64,000 nt of DNA. Source: an uncultured Acidobacteriota bacterium (GTDB lineage: Bacteria > Acidobacteriota > Thermoanaerobaculia > UBA5066 > Gp7-AA6). The position numbers and the translations under genes were made by a program. Shown here piece after piece: positions 28,721-39,212 of the stretch. Location of the stretch: NCBI GenBank assembly GCA_963764715.1, contig CAVXTP010000011.1, positions 1-64,000 of the forward strand, written 5' to 3'. The notes below the pieces were generated by a model that saw nothing but the letters and a program-made list of their open reading frames with translations, made no database searches and was not told where the DNA came from. How positions within the stretch are numbered: position 1 is the first letter of the stretch; every line of letters starts with the position of its first letter.

Positions 28721-30757
28721 TCACGGGGCGGGCGGATTCGAGGGGGCCGCGGGGGGCCCGGGACCCAGCCACCGGGCCATCCAGGCGAGGTTGCGCTCGG
28801 CGAGGTCCCGCACGAGCCGGGGCTCGCGCACGCCGTGGGGCTGGCGGGGATAGGTGACCATCCGGGCGGGGATGCCCCGCCGTTTCAACGCGTTGTAGAA
28901 CTCGTAGCCCTGCGAGATGGGAACCCGCACGTCGGACTCGCCCTGCTGGATGAGCGACGGCGTCTTCACGCGGCCGACGTACGCCATCGGGGAGTGGGCC
29001 CAGTACGTCTCGGCGAGCTTCGGCTCCCAGAGCTCGCCGCCGAAGTAGTCGGGAATGAACGAGGGGATGTCCGCAGTGCCGGTGAACGACAGGAGGTCGG
29101 TCACGGGCGCGCCGATCGAGGCGGCCTTGAAGCGGTCGGTCTGCGTCACGATCCACGACGTCATGAACCCGCCGTAGCTCCAGCCCATCACTCCGAGCCG
29201 CTCCGGGTCCGCGATTCCCATGGCGACGACGGCGTCGACCCCGGCCATGAGGTCGCGATAGTCGCCGCCGCCCCAGTCCTTCTCGTTGGCGCGCCGGAAC
29301 GCCGTCCCGTAGCCCGACGAGCCCCGCGGGTTCGCGCGCAGCACCGCATAGCCTTCGGCGGCGAAGACCGCGGTCGAGTACGGGCTCGGCCCGGCGACGT
29401 AGGCGAGCTGGAAGACCCCGGCCGGCCCGCCGTGGATGACGAGGAGGAGCGGGCAGCGCTTTCCCGGGACGTACCCGACGGGCAGCGTGAGGAGCCCCTC
29501 GATCGTCCGGCCTCCGTCTCCCGTCCACGTGATCGCCCGCGTCTCCCCGAACGGGTACTTCGGCATCGCCGCGTTGACGCTCGAGAGGCGGACCGGCGCG
29601 AACGCCGCGAGCGGGCTCGCCCACGCCTCGGTCGGCTCGGTCGCCGTCTGGCGGACGAACCCGATCCATGCGCCGCGGGGATCGACGCTCGCGGCGTTGC
29701 AGACGGCGCCCGCGGGCGTCAGCGCGCGCAGCGCGCCGGTCGCGACGTCCTGCGCGTAGACGAGCTCGGAAACGTTCTTCGCCTCGGTGAAATAGATGGT
29801 CCGGCCGTCGGCGGACCAGCCGGCGATGTCGGGCGACTCGTCGGGCGAGGCCGGGAGGGTGCGGGAGGGGCCGCCGTCGAGCGGCGCGAGCCGGATGTTC
29901 TCGCGGTGCGGCCAGCGGGGAGGGTCTTCCGTCACGACGTACGCGAGCATGCGGCCGTCCGGCGAGAACCTGGGGGAGGTCTCGGCCGCGCCCGTCGCGG
30001 CGAAGGGCCGCAGCGCTCCGGTGGCGACGTCGACCAAGGAAATGCTGGCGGTCGGCCAGTCGTCGGCGACCGGCCGGGCCGTGTGCGAGACGGCGATGGT
30101 CTTTCCGTCGGGCGACCAGTCGATCGCATCCGGTCCGCCCGGCTGCACGCTCCCCACCGAGAAGCCCGCCGCGAGGAGCTTGCGGCCCTCGCGCTTGCCC
30201 GTCGCGTCGGCCGCGACGCGGATGAGCCAGAGGCGTCCGGGCCGGTCGTCGTCGCCGACCACGCGGGCGTCGTCCCGCTCCTTCTCGCGCCGCTCGTGGT
30301 CCGGGTCGGGCCCCTCGGAGGCGACGTACGCGATCCAGCGCCCATCGGGCGACCAGGCGGCCTCCTTCACGTCGGCCGGGGCGTCGGTCAGGCGCGTCGC
30401 CTCGCCGCCCGAAGCCGGCAGGAGCCAGACGTTGACGGTCTTCTCCCCGCGCTTGGAGAGAAACGCGATCCACTTCCCGTCGGGCGACCACCGCGGCCGC
30501 GTGGCGCTCGACTCGCCGAAAGTGGCCGGCCAGGACTCCCGTCCGTCGGACGTCGCCAGCCAAATGCGCGTCTGGTACTCGCTCCGGTCCGGCTCCATGA
30601 TCGACTCGCGCACGACGAAGGCGGCCCGCCGGCCGTCCGGGGAGATCCGCACGTCGGACACGGGCCGGTACTTGAGCGTCTCGAGCGGCGTCCAGCGTCC
30701 GGGATCGTCCGCGGCGAGCGCGCCGGCCGCGACGAGAAAGAGGAGCGCGGCCCTCAC
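28721..30757 (-). CDS. S9 family prolyl oligopeptidase/acylaminoacyl peptidase
   Basis: GTG 30757 overlapping corA stop; signal peptide; PD40 repeats; IHGGP, GWSYGG, D-VRVP, PHG triad. Confidence 0.92.
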   Translation of the reverse strand: MRAALLFLVAAGALAADDPGRWTPLETLKYRPVSDVRISPDGRRAAFVVRESIMEPDRSEYQTRIWLATSDGRESWPATFGESSATRPRWSPDGKWIAFLSKRGEKTVNVWLLPASGGEATRLTDAPADVKEAAWSPDGRWIAYVASEGPDPDHERREKERDDARVVGDDDRPGRLWLIRVAADATGKREGRKLLAAGFSVGSVQPGGPDAIDWSPDGKTIAVSHTARPVADDWPTASISLVDVATGALRPFAATGAAETSPRFSPDGRMLAYVVTEDPPRWPHRENIRLAPLDGGPSRTLPASPDESPDIAGWSADGRTIYFTEAKNVSELVYAQDVATGALRALTPAGAVCNAASVDPRGAWIGFVRQTATEPTEAWASPLAAFAPVRLSSVNAAMPKYPFGETRAITWTGDGGRTIEGLLTLPVGYVPGKRCPLLLVIHGGPAGVFQLAYVAGPSPYSTAVFAAEGYAVLRANPRGSSGYGTAFRRANEKDWGGGDYRDLMAGVDAVVAMGIADPERLGVMGWSYGGFMTSWIVTQTDRFKAASIGAPVTDLLSFTGTADIPSFIPDYFGGELWEPKLAETYWAHSPMAYVGRVKTPSLIQQGESDVRVPISQGYEFYNALKRRGIPARMVTYPRQPHGVREPRLVRDLAERNLAWMARWLGPGPPAAPSNPPAP

Positions 30758-31887
30758 AGCCAGCCCCGCTTTCGAAACCACACGAGCATGCCGCCGGCGA
30801 CGACGACGCACACTCCCCAGAAGATCGGGTAGGAGCCTATCCACTGGTTCTCCGGGATGTGCATGTTCATGCCGTAGACGCCGGCGAGAAACGTCAGCGG
30901 AATGAAGATCGTCCCGATGATCGTGAGCACCTTCATGACCTCGGTCATGCGGTTGGACATGGAGGTCATGTAGGTCTCGGTGAGGCTCGAGCCCACCTCG
31001 CGGTAGGTCTCGATGATGTCCATGATCTGGATGACGTGGTCGTAGACGTCGCGCAGGTAGGTGCGCGTCGTCTCGCTCATGCACTCGTGCGGCTCGCGCT
31101 GCATCTCGTTGACGACTTCGCGCATCGGCCACATCGCGCGGCGCAGCAGCAGCAGATCCCGCTTGACCGTGTGGACCTCGTGGATCGTCTCCCGCGTGGG
31201 CTGGTCGAGCACGAGGTCCTCGAGCTCCTCGAGGCGGTCGCCGTAGTGCTCGAGCACCGGGAAGCAGTGGTCGACCATGGCGTCGATCAGGGCGTAGGCG
31301 AGGTAGCTCGCGTCGAGCTCGCGCAGGCGCGAGCCCGGCTTCTCGATGCGCGCGCGGATCGGGTCCCAGATGTCGCCGGGCGATTCCTGGATGGTGATGA
31401 CGAGGCCGCGCTCGAGGAACATGCTGATCTGCTCGCTCTCGAGGCGGTCCTCGTTGAGCTGCAGCATGCGCACGATCAGGAAGAGGTGCGGCGGCCGTTC
31501 GCCCTCCGCCGGGTAGGGATCGAGCTTCGGGCGCTGGCCGGTCTGCATCACGTCCTCGATCGCCAGCGGATGGAGGCCGTACTTGACGGCGAGGGCGCGG
31601 ATCGCGCCCGGATCGTTCAGGCCGTCGACGTTGATCCAGCGCACCCGGACCCAGGGCTCGCGGCGGCTGCGGATGAACTCCTCGAAGTCCGTGACGCGCC
31701 GGATCTCGACCTTTTCGGCCGAGTAGTCGATGCACGTGATCGGCACGCGCACCTCCGGGGACGGCATGCTCGCGAGCTCGTCCACGTCGATGCCCGGCTT
31801 CTGTCCCGGGAGCCCGCGGCCGAACCGAATCGGGAGCTCGAGTCCCTCCCCGTCGAGCTCCTCCTCGCCGACGTGCGGATAGCTCAT
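30754..31887 (-). CDS. corA: Magnesium/cobalt transporter CorA
   Basis: LHPLAIED, QRPK, GVYGMN signature between two C-terminal TM helices. Confidence 0.95.
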   Translation of the reverse strand: MSYPHVGEEELDGEGLELPIRFGRGLPGQKPGIDVDELASMPSPEVRVPITCIDYSAEKVEIRRVTDFEEFIRSRREPWVRVRWINVDGLNDPGAIRALAVKYGLHPLAIEDVMQTGQRPKLDPYPAEGERPPHLFLIVRMLQLNEDRLESEQISMFLERGLVITIQESPGDIWDPIRARIEKPGSRLRELDASYLAYALIDAMVDHCFPVLEHYGDRLEELEDLVLDQPTRETIHEVHTVKRDLLLLRRAMWPMREVVNEMQREPHECMSETTRTYLRDVYDHVIQIMDIIETYREVGSSLTETYMTSMSNRMTEVMKVLTIIGTIFIPLTFLAGVYGMNMHIPENQWIGSYPIFWGVCVVVAGGMLVWFRKRGWL

Positions 31888-31973
31888 GTTGCGGGAAGAA
31901 TACCGCCGCGCCTTTGCAAATGGGGAAGCGGTCTAGCGTCGTCCTCCCGGGCGGGGCGAGGGAACGTTCGGCG

Positions 31974-34103
31974 TCACCATATTCGACAGACGTCCTTGCG
32001 CACCATCGGGTCGCTCGGCTTGCAGGAGAACGCCGCGGCGAAGGACGCGAGGTTCGACGGCGCTCCGATCGCCCGGAACTGCGGCAGCGGGTGCGGGTTG
32101 GTGTTCATCAGGAGCTTCGCGAGCTCCGGCCGCACGTGGGCTCCCCAGACGCGGGTCCAGCCCAGGAAGAAGCGCTGGTCGGCCGAGAAGCCCTCGATCG
32201 GCGCCGGCTCGCCGCGGCCGGCGAGCGTGCCGCGGTAGGCGCGGTAGGCGATCGCGAGGCCGCCGAGGTCGGCGATCGACTCGCCGAGGACGAGCTTGCC
32301 GTTGACGTGCTGGCCCTCGTACTCGTACGCGTCGAATTGGGCCTCGACGCACTTCGCGCGGGCCTCGTAGTTCGCGGCGTCCTCGGGGGTCCACCAGTCG
32401 CTCAGGTTCCCGGACGCGTCGAACTTGCGGCCCTCGTCGTCGAAGCCGTGGGTCAGCTCGTGGCCGATGACGCTGCCCATCGCGCCGTAGTTGACGGCGT
32501 CGTCGGCCTTCGGGTCGAACAGCGGCGGCTGCAGGATCCCGGCCGGGAAGACGATCTCGTTCAACTGGGCGTCGTAGTAGGCATTGAGCTCCGGCGGCGT
32601 CATCTGCCAGTCCTCGCGGTCGACCGGCCGGCCGATCTTCGAGAGCAGCCGGTGGAACTCGAACTCGCGGGCGCGCTGGACGTTGAGGACGTACGGCCCG
32701 CGGTCGATCGCGAGCGAGGAATAGTCCCTCCAGACGTCGGGGTAACCGATCTTGGGGCGGAAGGTCGCGAGCTTGGCGATCGCCTTCTGCCGCGTGGACT
32801 CGCCCATCCAGGGAAGCGTCGCCAGGTCGTCGCGCAGCGAGTCGATCAGGTTCCGGACCATCCGGTCGGCCGCGGCCTTGGCTTCCGGCGGGAAGTGCTC
32901 GCGGACGAACGACTTGCCGAGGGCCTGCCCGAGCGCGGCGTCGGTCGAGACCACGCAGCGCTTCCAGCGCACCTCGTTCTCGGGCGTGCCCTGGAGGGTC
33001 TTGCCGAAGAAGTCGAAGTCCGCGTCCACGAAGGCCTTCGAGAGGCTCGGCGCCGCCGCGTTGACGAGCGTCCAGCGCAGGTACGTCTTCCAGCGGGTGA
33101 TCGGCGTCGCCCGGATCTCCTTGTTGAAGGCCTCGAAGAACCGGGGCTGGGCGACGTTGACGGCGGCGGGGGCGACTCCGGCCTGCCGGAAGTAGGCGCT
33201 CCACGAGAAATCGGGCGTCAGCGCCACGAGACGGGTGAGGTCCATCCGGTTGTACGTCTTTTCCGAGTCGCGCTGCTCGACCGGGGTCATCGAGGCCTCG
33301 GCGAGGCGGGTCTCGATCGCCATCACCGTCTTTGCGTTCGCGGCGGCGCGCGCCGGGTCGTCGCCGAGGAGCTCGAACATGCGGGCGACGTGGGCGAGGT
33401 ATTTCTCCCGCATGGCCTTCGACGCGTCGTCGGTCTTCACGTAGTAGTCGCGCTCGGGAAGGCCGAGCCCTCCCTGGGCCGCGATCGCGATGACCTCGGT
33501 GGAGGCCCGCCGGTCCTGTTCCGCCGTGAACTGGAAGACCGCGTTGGCGCCGACGGCCTGGAGCCTGCCGATCTCGGCCTGGAGATCGGCGGGGGTCGAG
33601 ATCCCGTCGATGCGGGAGAGCTCGGGCTGGATCGGCCCCGCGCCGGCCGCCTCGATCGCGGCCTCGTCCATGCAGCTCGCCCAGAAGTCGCCGATCTTGC
33701 GCTCGTCCGAGCCCTCGGCGGCGGGGTTCGCAGCGGCCTTCTCGAGGATCGCTCGGAGCCGATCCCGGTTCTGCTCGAAGAGGATGCTGACGGATCCCCA
33801 GTAGGACTGGTCCGGCGGGATCGGATGGGAGGCGAGCCAGCCCCCGTTGCCGAACTGGTTGAGGTCGACGCACGCCGAGGCGGACCGATCGAGGTCCGCG
33901 GGGTCGATGCCCCGGACCGGGCCCGGCGGAGCGGGAGTGGGGGCGGGGGCCTCGGCCACGGGCGTCGGCGCGGCCTTCGGCGCCGCGGCGGCGGGCGGAG
34001 CCGTCGGGGAGGGGGGAGGTGCGGCCGGCGTCGTCGTGCCGCACGCCAGGGCCAGAATCGATGCCGTCGAGATCGCGAGAATCGACGCGCCCGCTCTCTT
34101 CAC
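31974..34103 (-). CDS. M13 family metallopeptidase, lipoprotein
   Basis: GTG 34103; lipobox LALAC; NAYY, FPAGILQPP, HELTH, GESIAD. Confidence 0.93.
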   Translation of the reverse strand: MKRAGASILAISTASILALACGTTTPAAPPPSPTAPPAAAAPKAAPTPVAEAPAPTPAPPGPVRGIDPADLDRSASACVDLNQFGNGGWLASHPIPPDQSYWGSVSILFEQNRDRLRAILEKAAANPAAEGSDERKIGDFWASCMDEAAIEAAGAGPIQPELSRIDGISTPADLQAEIGRLQAVGANAVFQFTAEQDRRASTEVIAIAAQGGLGLPERDYYVKTDDASKAMREKYLAHVARMFELLGDDPARAAANAKTVMAIETRLAEASMTPVEQRDSEKTYNRMDLTRLVALTPDFSWSAYFRQAGVAPAAVNVAQPRFFEAFNKEIRATPITRWKTYLRWTLVNAAAPSLSKAFVDADFDFFGKTLQGTPENEVRWKRCVVSTDAALGQALGKSFVREHFPPEAKAAADRMVRNLIDSLRDDLATLPWMGESTRQKAIAKLATFRPKIGYPDVWRDYSSLAIDRGPYVLNVQRAREFEFHRLLSKIGRPVDREDWQMTPPELNAYYDAQLNEIVFPAGILQPPLFDPKADDAVNYGAMGSVIGHELTHGFDDEGRKFDASGNLSDWWTPEDAANYEARAKCVEAQFDAYEYEGQHVNGKLVLGESIADLGGLAIAYRAYRGTLAGRGEPAPIEGFSADQRFFLGWTRVWGAHVRPELAKLLMNTNPHPLPQFRAIGAPSNLASFAAAFSCKPSDPMVRKDVCRIW

Positions 34104-34261
34104 GAGTCCTCCTCTTTCCCTTCTTCTTCCTCTGGCGTCCTGCGACGTCCTACGTACCCGGCCCGCTCCAGGTTCATGCTTCGCGTGACGTGGCTCACGC
34201 CGTCTCACGCCCCCGTGGCTGTAACCTCCTTATTTCACACACACCGTCGAGGAGGATCTCC

Positions 34262-35068
34262 ATGCGTCGATTCGTATTGCTGTTCGTGTCCGCAGCCGTC
34301 GTGTTGACGGCGGCCGGTCGGGCCCAGGAACTCGACGCCGCAGACGAGGCGACGGCCGCCCTGCCGCTCGGGCGGGTGCTCCCCGCCGTGGGCTCCACCG
34401 CCGGCGCCGCGGGCTCGTTCTTCAAGACCTCGGTGCAGATCTTCAATCCCGGATTGAACTCGATCTCCGGCCGCTTCGTCTACCACGCCTCCGGCGCCGC
34501 CGGGACCTTCTCGGATCCGGGGATGGACTTCTCGGTCCCCGCGCAGGAGACGCAGACCTGGGACGACATCCTTCCGACGATGGGGCTGTCGGGCCTCGGC
34601 ACTCTCGACATTCTTCTGCCCTCGGCTTCGTCGTCGCCCGCCGTGATCGTGACGCGGGTCTTCAACGACGCCGACGCGGCCGGCACTGCGGGCTTCACGG
34701 AGGAAGCGATCAGCCCCAACGAGACGGGAACCGGCGGGCGCGTGATCACCAACGGGAAATCGGGCTACCTCGTCCTTCCCGCCGACATGGACCGCTTCCG
34801 TTACAACATCGGCCTGCGGACCCTGACCTCCGCGGCGTCCGTGCAGTTCACCGTGCGCGACGCCAACGGGGCGATCATCGGCCTCGCGTCGAAGACGATG
34901 CCCGCGTCCTCGTTCCTTCAGCAGGAGGCCGGCGCGATGATCGGCATTCCGCTTCCGCCCAACGGGACGATCCGCATCGTCATCAACGGCGGCGCGACGA
35001 TCGTCTACGGGGCCACGACCGACAACACCACCAACGACCCCAGCGTCCAGTTCGCCCGATCGTCGTAG
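34262..35068 (+). CDS. Exported hypothetical protein
   Basis: ATG 34262 after GGAGG; signal peptide; VLPAVGST.GA.GSFFKT, FRYNIG, ATTDNTTNDPS. Confidence 0.75.
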   Translation: MRRFVLLFVSAAVVLTAAGRAQELDAADEATAALPLGRVLPAVGSTAGAAGSFFKTSVQIFNPGLNSISGRFVYHASGAAGTFSDPGMDFSVPAQETQTWDDILPTMGLSGLGTLDILLPSASSSPAVIVTRVFNDADAAGTAGFTEEAISPNETGTGGRVITNGKSGYLVLPADMDRFRYNIGLRTLTSAASVQFTVRDANGAIIGLASKTMPASSFLQQEAGAMIGIPLPPNGTIRIVINGGATIVYGATTDNTTNDPSVQFARSS

Positions 35069-35087
35069 CGGGCGTCGCGGAACGACG

Positions 35088-35115
35088 AAACGGGGGCGGC
35101 CGGCGCCGCCCCCGT
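35088..35115 (-). terminator. Hairpin terminator between convergent genes (lon side)
   Basis: acgggggcggc-cggc-gccgcccccgt perfect stem; short T-run on the minus strand. Confidence 0.6.
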
Positions 35116-35136
35116 GAGCTCGAACCGCGGATCGAC

Positions 35137-37641
35137 TTACTGGGGCGTGGCCTGGCCGGCCCCGGACGCGGAGGCCGCGGCGTAGGTCAGCCGGCCGTTC
35201 TCGAGCGACGCGTCGCGCAGCGTCACCGCGAGCGCCTCGGACAGGGTCGTGACCGGGAGGACCTCGATCTGGCCCCGCACCGCTTCGGAGAGGTCCTCGA
35301 GGTCCGCCTCGTTGTCGCGGGGGATCACGATCGTGCGGATGCCCGCCCGCACGGCCCCGAGGATCTTCTCCTTCAGGCCGCCGATCGGCAGGACCCGGCC
35401 CGAGAGCGTGATCTCGCCGGTCATGGCGACGTCGTTGCGGACGGCGCGGCGCGAGAGCGCCGAGGCGACGGCGGAGGCCATCGCGAGGCCGGCCGAAGGC
35501 CCGTCCTTGGGAATCGCGCCCGCCGGCACGTGGATGTGGATGTCGCGCTCGAAGTCCTTCTCGTCGATCCCGATCAGCGGCGCGTGGCTCCGGGCGAACG
35601 TCCACGCGGCGCGCGCCGACTCCTTCATGACGTCGCCGAGCTGGCCCGTCAGGATGAGCTCGCCCTTGCCGCGCATCAGCGAGGCCTCCACGAACATGAT
35701 GTCCCCGCCGGCCGGCGTGTAGTACATGCCGGTCGCGACCCCGATCTGGTCGCCCGGGGCCATCTTCTCGGGGTGCACGTGCGGCCGGCCGAGCAGCGGC
35801 CGGACGTCCTCGGCCCGGATCTCCGCCTTCTCGATCTCGCGCGCGGCGATCCGGCGCGCGACCTTGCGGGCGAGCTTGCCGAGCTCGCGCTCGAGCTGGC
35901 GCACGCCCGACTCGCGCGTGTAGCTGGAAACGACTTCGCGGATGGCGCCCTCGGTCAGGTCGAGCTGGCCGGGGACGAGGCCGTTCTCCTCGACCTGGCG
36001 CGGGACGAGGTAGCTCTTCGCGATCTGGAGCTTCTCTTCCTCGGTGTAGCCGGCGAAGTTGACGGTCTCCATCCGGTCGAGCAGCGGGCCCGGGATGTTC
36101 TGCACGAAGTTGGCCGTCGCGATGAAGAGGACTTCCGACAGGTCGAAGGGCACGCCCAGGTAGTGGTCCGTGAACGAATCGTTCTGCGCCGGGTCGAGCA
36201 CCTCGAGCAGGGCCGAAGCCGGGTCGCCCTGGTAGGAGACGCCGAGCTTGTCGACCTCGTCGAGGAGGAACACGGGGTTCTTCGAGCTGGCCTGCTTCAT
36301 GCCCTGGAGGATGCGGCCCGGCATCGCGCCGATGTACGTGCGCCGGTGGCCGCGGATGTCGGCCTCGTCGCGCGCGCCGCCGAGCGAGATGCGGACGTAT
36401 TTGCGGCCCATCGCGCGGGCGATCGACTTGGCGATCGAGGTCTTGCCGACGCCCGGGGGGCCGGCGAAGAGCAGGATCCGGCCCTTGCCGGAACGCGGCG
36501 AGGCATCCTTCGTCTTCTGCGTCGCGGATGGCTCGTCCGCCGTCGCCGCCGCGGTGGCCGGGGTCCCGGCCGAGGCCGACGCGGCCGACTTCGCCCGCTC
36601 CTCGCCGAGCTGGCGCACGGCCAGGAACTCGAGGATGCGGTCCTTGACGTCCTTCAGGCCGAAGTGGTCCTCGTCGAGGATCCGGGCGGCCTCGGGCACG
36701 TCGAGCTTCTCGTCGCTGCGCGAGTTCCAGGGCAGCTCGGCCACCGTCTCGAGGTAGGTCCGGATGACCTGCGATTCCATCGACTCACGGCCGATCCGCG
36801 TGAGGCGCTGCCACTCGCGGTCGATTTCCTTGCGGGCGTCGTCGGGAAGGTCGAGCGCGTCGAGCTTCGCGCGCAGCTCCTTGAGTCCCTCGTCGGACGG
36901 GCCGTCGGATTCGCCGAGCTCCTTCTGGATCGCCTTCATCTGCTCGCGCAGGTACATCTCGCGCTGGCGGCTGCCGATCTCCTCCTTGACCTTGGACTGG
37001 ATGTCCTCCTGGGCCGACAGGACGTCGACCTGGCGCTGGACGTGGACGAGGACGCGCCGCAGCCGGTCTTCGACCGACAGCGTCTCGAGGAGGACCTGCT
37101 TGGCCGCGACGGGAACGTCGAGGTAGCCCGCCACGAGGTCCGCCAGCCGGCCGGGCTCGTCGACTTCGGCGAGGATCTGCTCGACGGCCTCGTCGGGAAG
37201 GCCGAGCTTCTTGCCGAGCTCCGCGGCGCGCTCGCGCGCCTCGCGATGGAGGCCGGCGAACGCCGCGTCGCGCGGATCGAGCGGCAGCATCTCGTTCGCC
37301 TCCTGGACGGTCGCCTCGAGGAAGCCCTGCTTGGTCGGGGCGAGACGCAGGGCGATGCCGCGCGCCTTGCCGTCGAGAACGAGACGGATCCCGCCGAGCC
37401 CCCGCTGGACCGAGCCGATCGTCGCGATCGTCCCGATCGTGTAGAGGTCGGAGGGGGAGACGGATTCGGACTCGCTGCGCTGGGCCACGGCGAAGACCCG
37501 GTGATCCGGCGAGGCCATGGCCGCCTCGATGGCTCGCAGGGTCCCAGCGCGGCCGGCCGAGATCGGGAAGGTCACGCCGGGAAAGAGCACGGCGTTCCGC
37601 ATGGGAACGACCGGAAGCGTCTTCGAGTTATTTTCGGACAT
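35137..37641 (-). CDS. lon: ATP-dependent protease Lon
   Basis: LON N-domain, GPPGVGKTS, LLDEVDK, LLEVLDP, PKDGPSAG, GGLKEK. Confidence 0.97.
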   Translation of the reverse strand: MSENNSKTLPVVPMRNAVLFPGVTFPISAGRAGTLRAIEAAMASPDHRVFAVAQRSESESVSPSDLYTIGTIATIGSVQRGLGGIRLVLDGKARGIALRLAPTKQGFLEATVQEANEMLPLDPRDAAFAGLHREARERAAELGKKLGLPDEAVEQILAEVDEPGRLADLVAGYLDVPVAAKQVLLETLSVEDRLRRVLVHVQRQVDVLSAQEDIQSKVKEEIGSRQREMYLREQMKAIQKELGESDGPSDEGLKELRAKLDALDLPDDARKEIDREWQRLTRIGRESMESQVIRTYLETVAELPWNSRSDEKLDVPEAARILDEDHFGLKDVKDRILEFLAVRQLGEERAKSAASASAGTPATAAATADEPSATQKTKDASPRSGKGRILLFAGPPGVGKTSIAKSIARAMGRKYVRISLGGARDEADIRGHRRTYIGAMPGRILQGMKQASSKNPVFLLDEVDKLGVSYQGDPASALLEVLDPAQNDSFTDHYLGVPFDLSEVLFIATANFVQNIPGPLLDRMETVNFAGYTEEEKLQIAKSYLVPRQVEENGLVPGQLDLTEGAIREVVSSYTRESGVRQLERELGKLARKVARRIAAREIEKAEIRAEDVRPLLGRPHVHPEKMAPGDQIGVATGMYYTPAGGDIMFVEASLMRGKGELILTGQLGDVMKESARAAWTFARSHAPLIGIDEKDFERDIHIHVPAGAIPKDGPSAGLAMASAVASALSRRAVRNDVAMTGEITLSGRVLPIGGLKEKILGAVRAGIRTIVIPRDNEADLEDLSEAVRGQIEVLPVTTLSEALAVTLRDASLENGRLTYAAASASGAGQATPQ

Positions 37642-37775
37642 TGTGGTCCTTTTTCTCCTTGCCGGTCAGTCGCTTACGGGCGACGCCGGATCGGGCGCCG
37701 GAAATCCTGCATGGACCCCAACCCCCGGCCATGCCCGGCAATTCCAAATACGTGAGTGCCTCCCACGCAGATTCA

Positions 37776-37867
37776 TGGGGTCAGCCCTGAAAGTCTGAAG
37801 TTTCGGTCTAACTTCAAGCGGCACAGTCACTCCCCGCACATACTTCAGATGTGCAGGGCTGACTCCA
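37776..37867. repeat. 92-bp REPIN/MITE-like element with 26-bp imperfect terminal inverted repeats
   Basis: tggggtcagccctgaaagtctgaagt (37776-37801) vs acttcagatgtgcagggctgactcca (37842-37867), 22/26 complementary; 40-bp spacer. Confidence 0.75.
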
Positions 37868-37885
37868 GCCTTCCCCGGCCTTCTC

Positions 37886-39055
37886 TCAGGGATGCAGGAC
37901 CGGGACCAGGCGGCGGATGACGGCGATGGAGACGTCGTCGTCGGGGAGGACCGCGCCGCGGAAGGCGCGCGCGCTGACGGCGACGGAGTCTGCGAGGGCC
38001 TGCGGAGGCAGGGACGCCCCGTGCCGCAGAAGAACCTCGATTCGCGCGTCCCCGAACTCCTCGCCGGCGGCATTGCGCGCCTCGGAAAGCCCGTCGGAGT
38101 GGATGAACAGCGTTTCGCCGGGCTCGATGCGGCCGGTCTCGACCCTCCAGGCGAGCTGCGGCCGGATTCCCAGCGGGTACGCGCCCTTCCCGATCCGCGC
38201 GCGCACGCCGCCGTCGGCGCCGGCGACGATCGGCTGGGGATGTCCCGCGACCGACCCGGCGAACGAGCCGTCGGGCGAGAGGAGCAGGTAGACGCACGAG
38301 AAGAAGGCCCGGGGGCTGCCGGTGCGGCAGAGGATGCGGTTGAGCGTCGCGAACATGGCCGGCGGCGAGGGATCGACGTCGAGCTGCGTGCGAAACGCCG
38401 CGTGCGCGACGGCCATGACGAGCCCGGCCGCCATTCCGTGGCCCGAGGCGTCCCCGAAGAGCACGGCCAGCCGCCCGTCCGGCAGCGGGACGAAATCGTA
38501 GATGTCGCCGCCGACGGTGTTGGCGATCTCGTTGTGGGCGCCCGCCGCGAACGCCGGGGTCTGCGGCATCTCCTTCGGAATCAGGCTCGCCTGGAGGTCG
38601 CGCGCGAGCTCGAGCTCGTCGCGAAAGTTGATCTTGTCGACGAGCTCCATCCCGAGCAGCAGGCCGAGCAGCACCGTGGACGCGAACAGGAAGGTGCTGT
38701 CGAAGTCGACCGTGTAGGACGTCGTCCGACGCACGCCGTTCTCGAGCTTCGTGTCGCTGCGGTGGAAGTTCGGGCCGCACATCGACATCACCAGGCACAG
38801 CAGGACGACGAGGAACACCACCCGCCGCGCGGGAGCGAGCCGTTTCGCGAGGCCGAACAGGACGCTGTTGGTCGTGTGGAGGAACCGGCGGACCCGGCCG
38901 CGGCCGCCGGCCGGAGCCGGACGCGCCGCGTCTTCGGCGGTCAGCATCTCCTGGGCGAGCCGCCACTCGCGCGAGTAGAGGCCGGTCAGGTCCTCCCGGC
39001 CGACGGCGGAGAACGTCCCGCGGAGCAGCTCGACCCAGTCGTGTCGCGACGGCAC
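37886..39055 (-). CDS. Membrane-anchored PP2C/SpoIIE (RsbU-like) phosphatase
   Basis: ELELARDLQ, VGGDIYD, GDASGHG, HSDGLSEARN, DDDVS; TM segments N-terminal. Confidence 0.92.
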   Translation of the reverse strand: MPSRHDWVELLRGTFSAVGREDLTGLYSREWRLAQEMLTAEDAARPAPAGGRGRVRRFLHTTNSVLFGLAKRLAPARRVVFLVVLLCLVMSMCGPNFHRSDTKLENGVRRTTSYTVDFDSTFLFASTVLLGLLLGMELVDKINFRDELELARDLQASLIPKEMPQTPAFAAGAHNEIANTVGGDIYDFVPLPDGRLAVLFGDASGHGMAAGLVMAVAHAAFRTQLDVDPSPPAMFATLNRILCRTGSPRAFFSCVYLLLSPDGSFAGSVAGHPQPIVAGADGGVRARIGKGAYPLGIRPQLAWRVETGRIEPGETLFIHSDGLSEARNAAGEEFGDARIEVLLRHGASLPPQALADSVAVSARAFRGAVLPDDDVSIAVIRRLVPVLHP

Positions 39056-39212
39056 TTCCGGAGCATACGCAGGCAGGCCCCTCCGGGATCCGGGCGGGAG
39101 CGAGGCCCCTCGGGCATGTTCGGTGCTCGGCCGCCCGGTCAGACGGCCAAGTCGTTGAGATGCAGCGCTTTCCCGGCAGACGGACGGCCGACCGCGGACG
39201 GCGGCTGCGGGA

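Noticed and set aside
28721-31735. Apparent large fusion ORFs (also 252..2930, 3731..6532, 46949..50149, 61847..63835)
   Set aside because: Upstream parts are out-of-frame overlaps of neighbouring genes; true starts are internal.
31914-34307. Long antisense or alternative-frame ORFs (also 21485..24367, 52676..55522, 53376..56438 and others)
   Set aside because: Arg/Pro/Gly-rich shadows of real genes, expected at high GC; no motifs.
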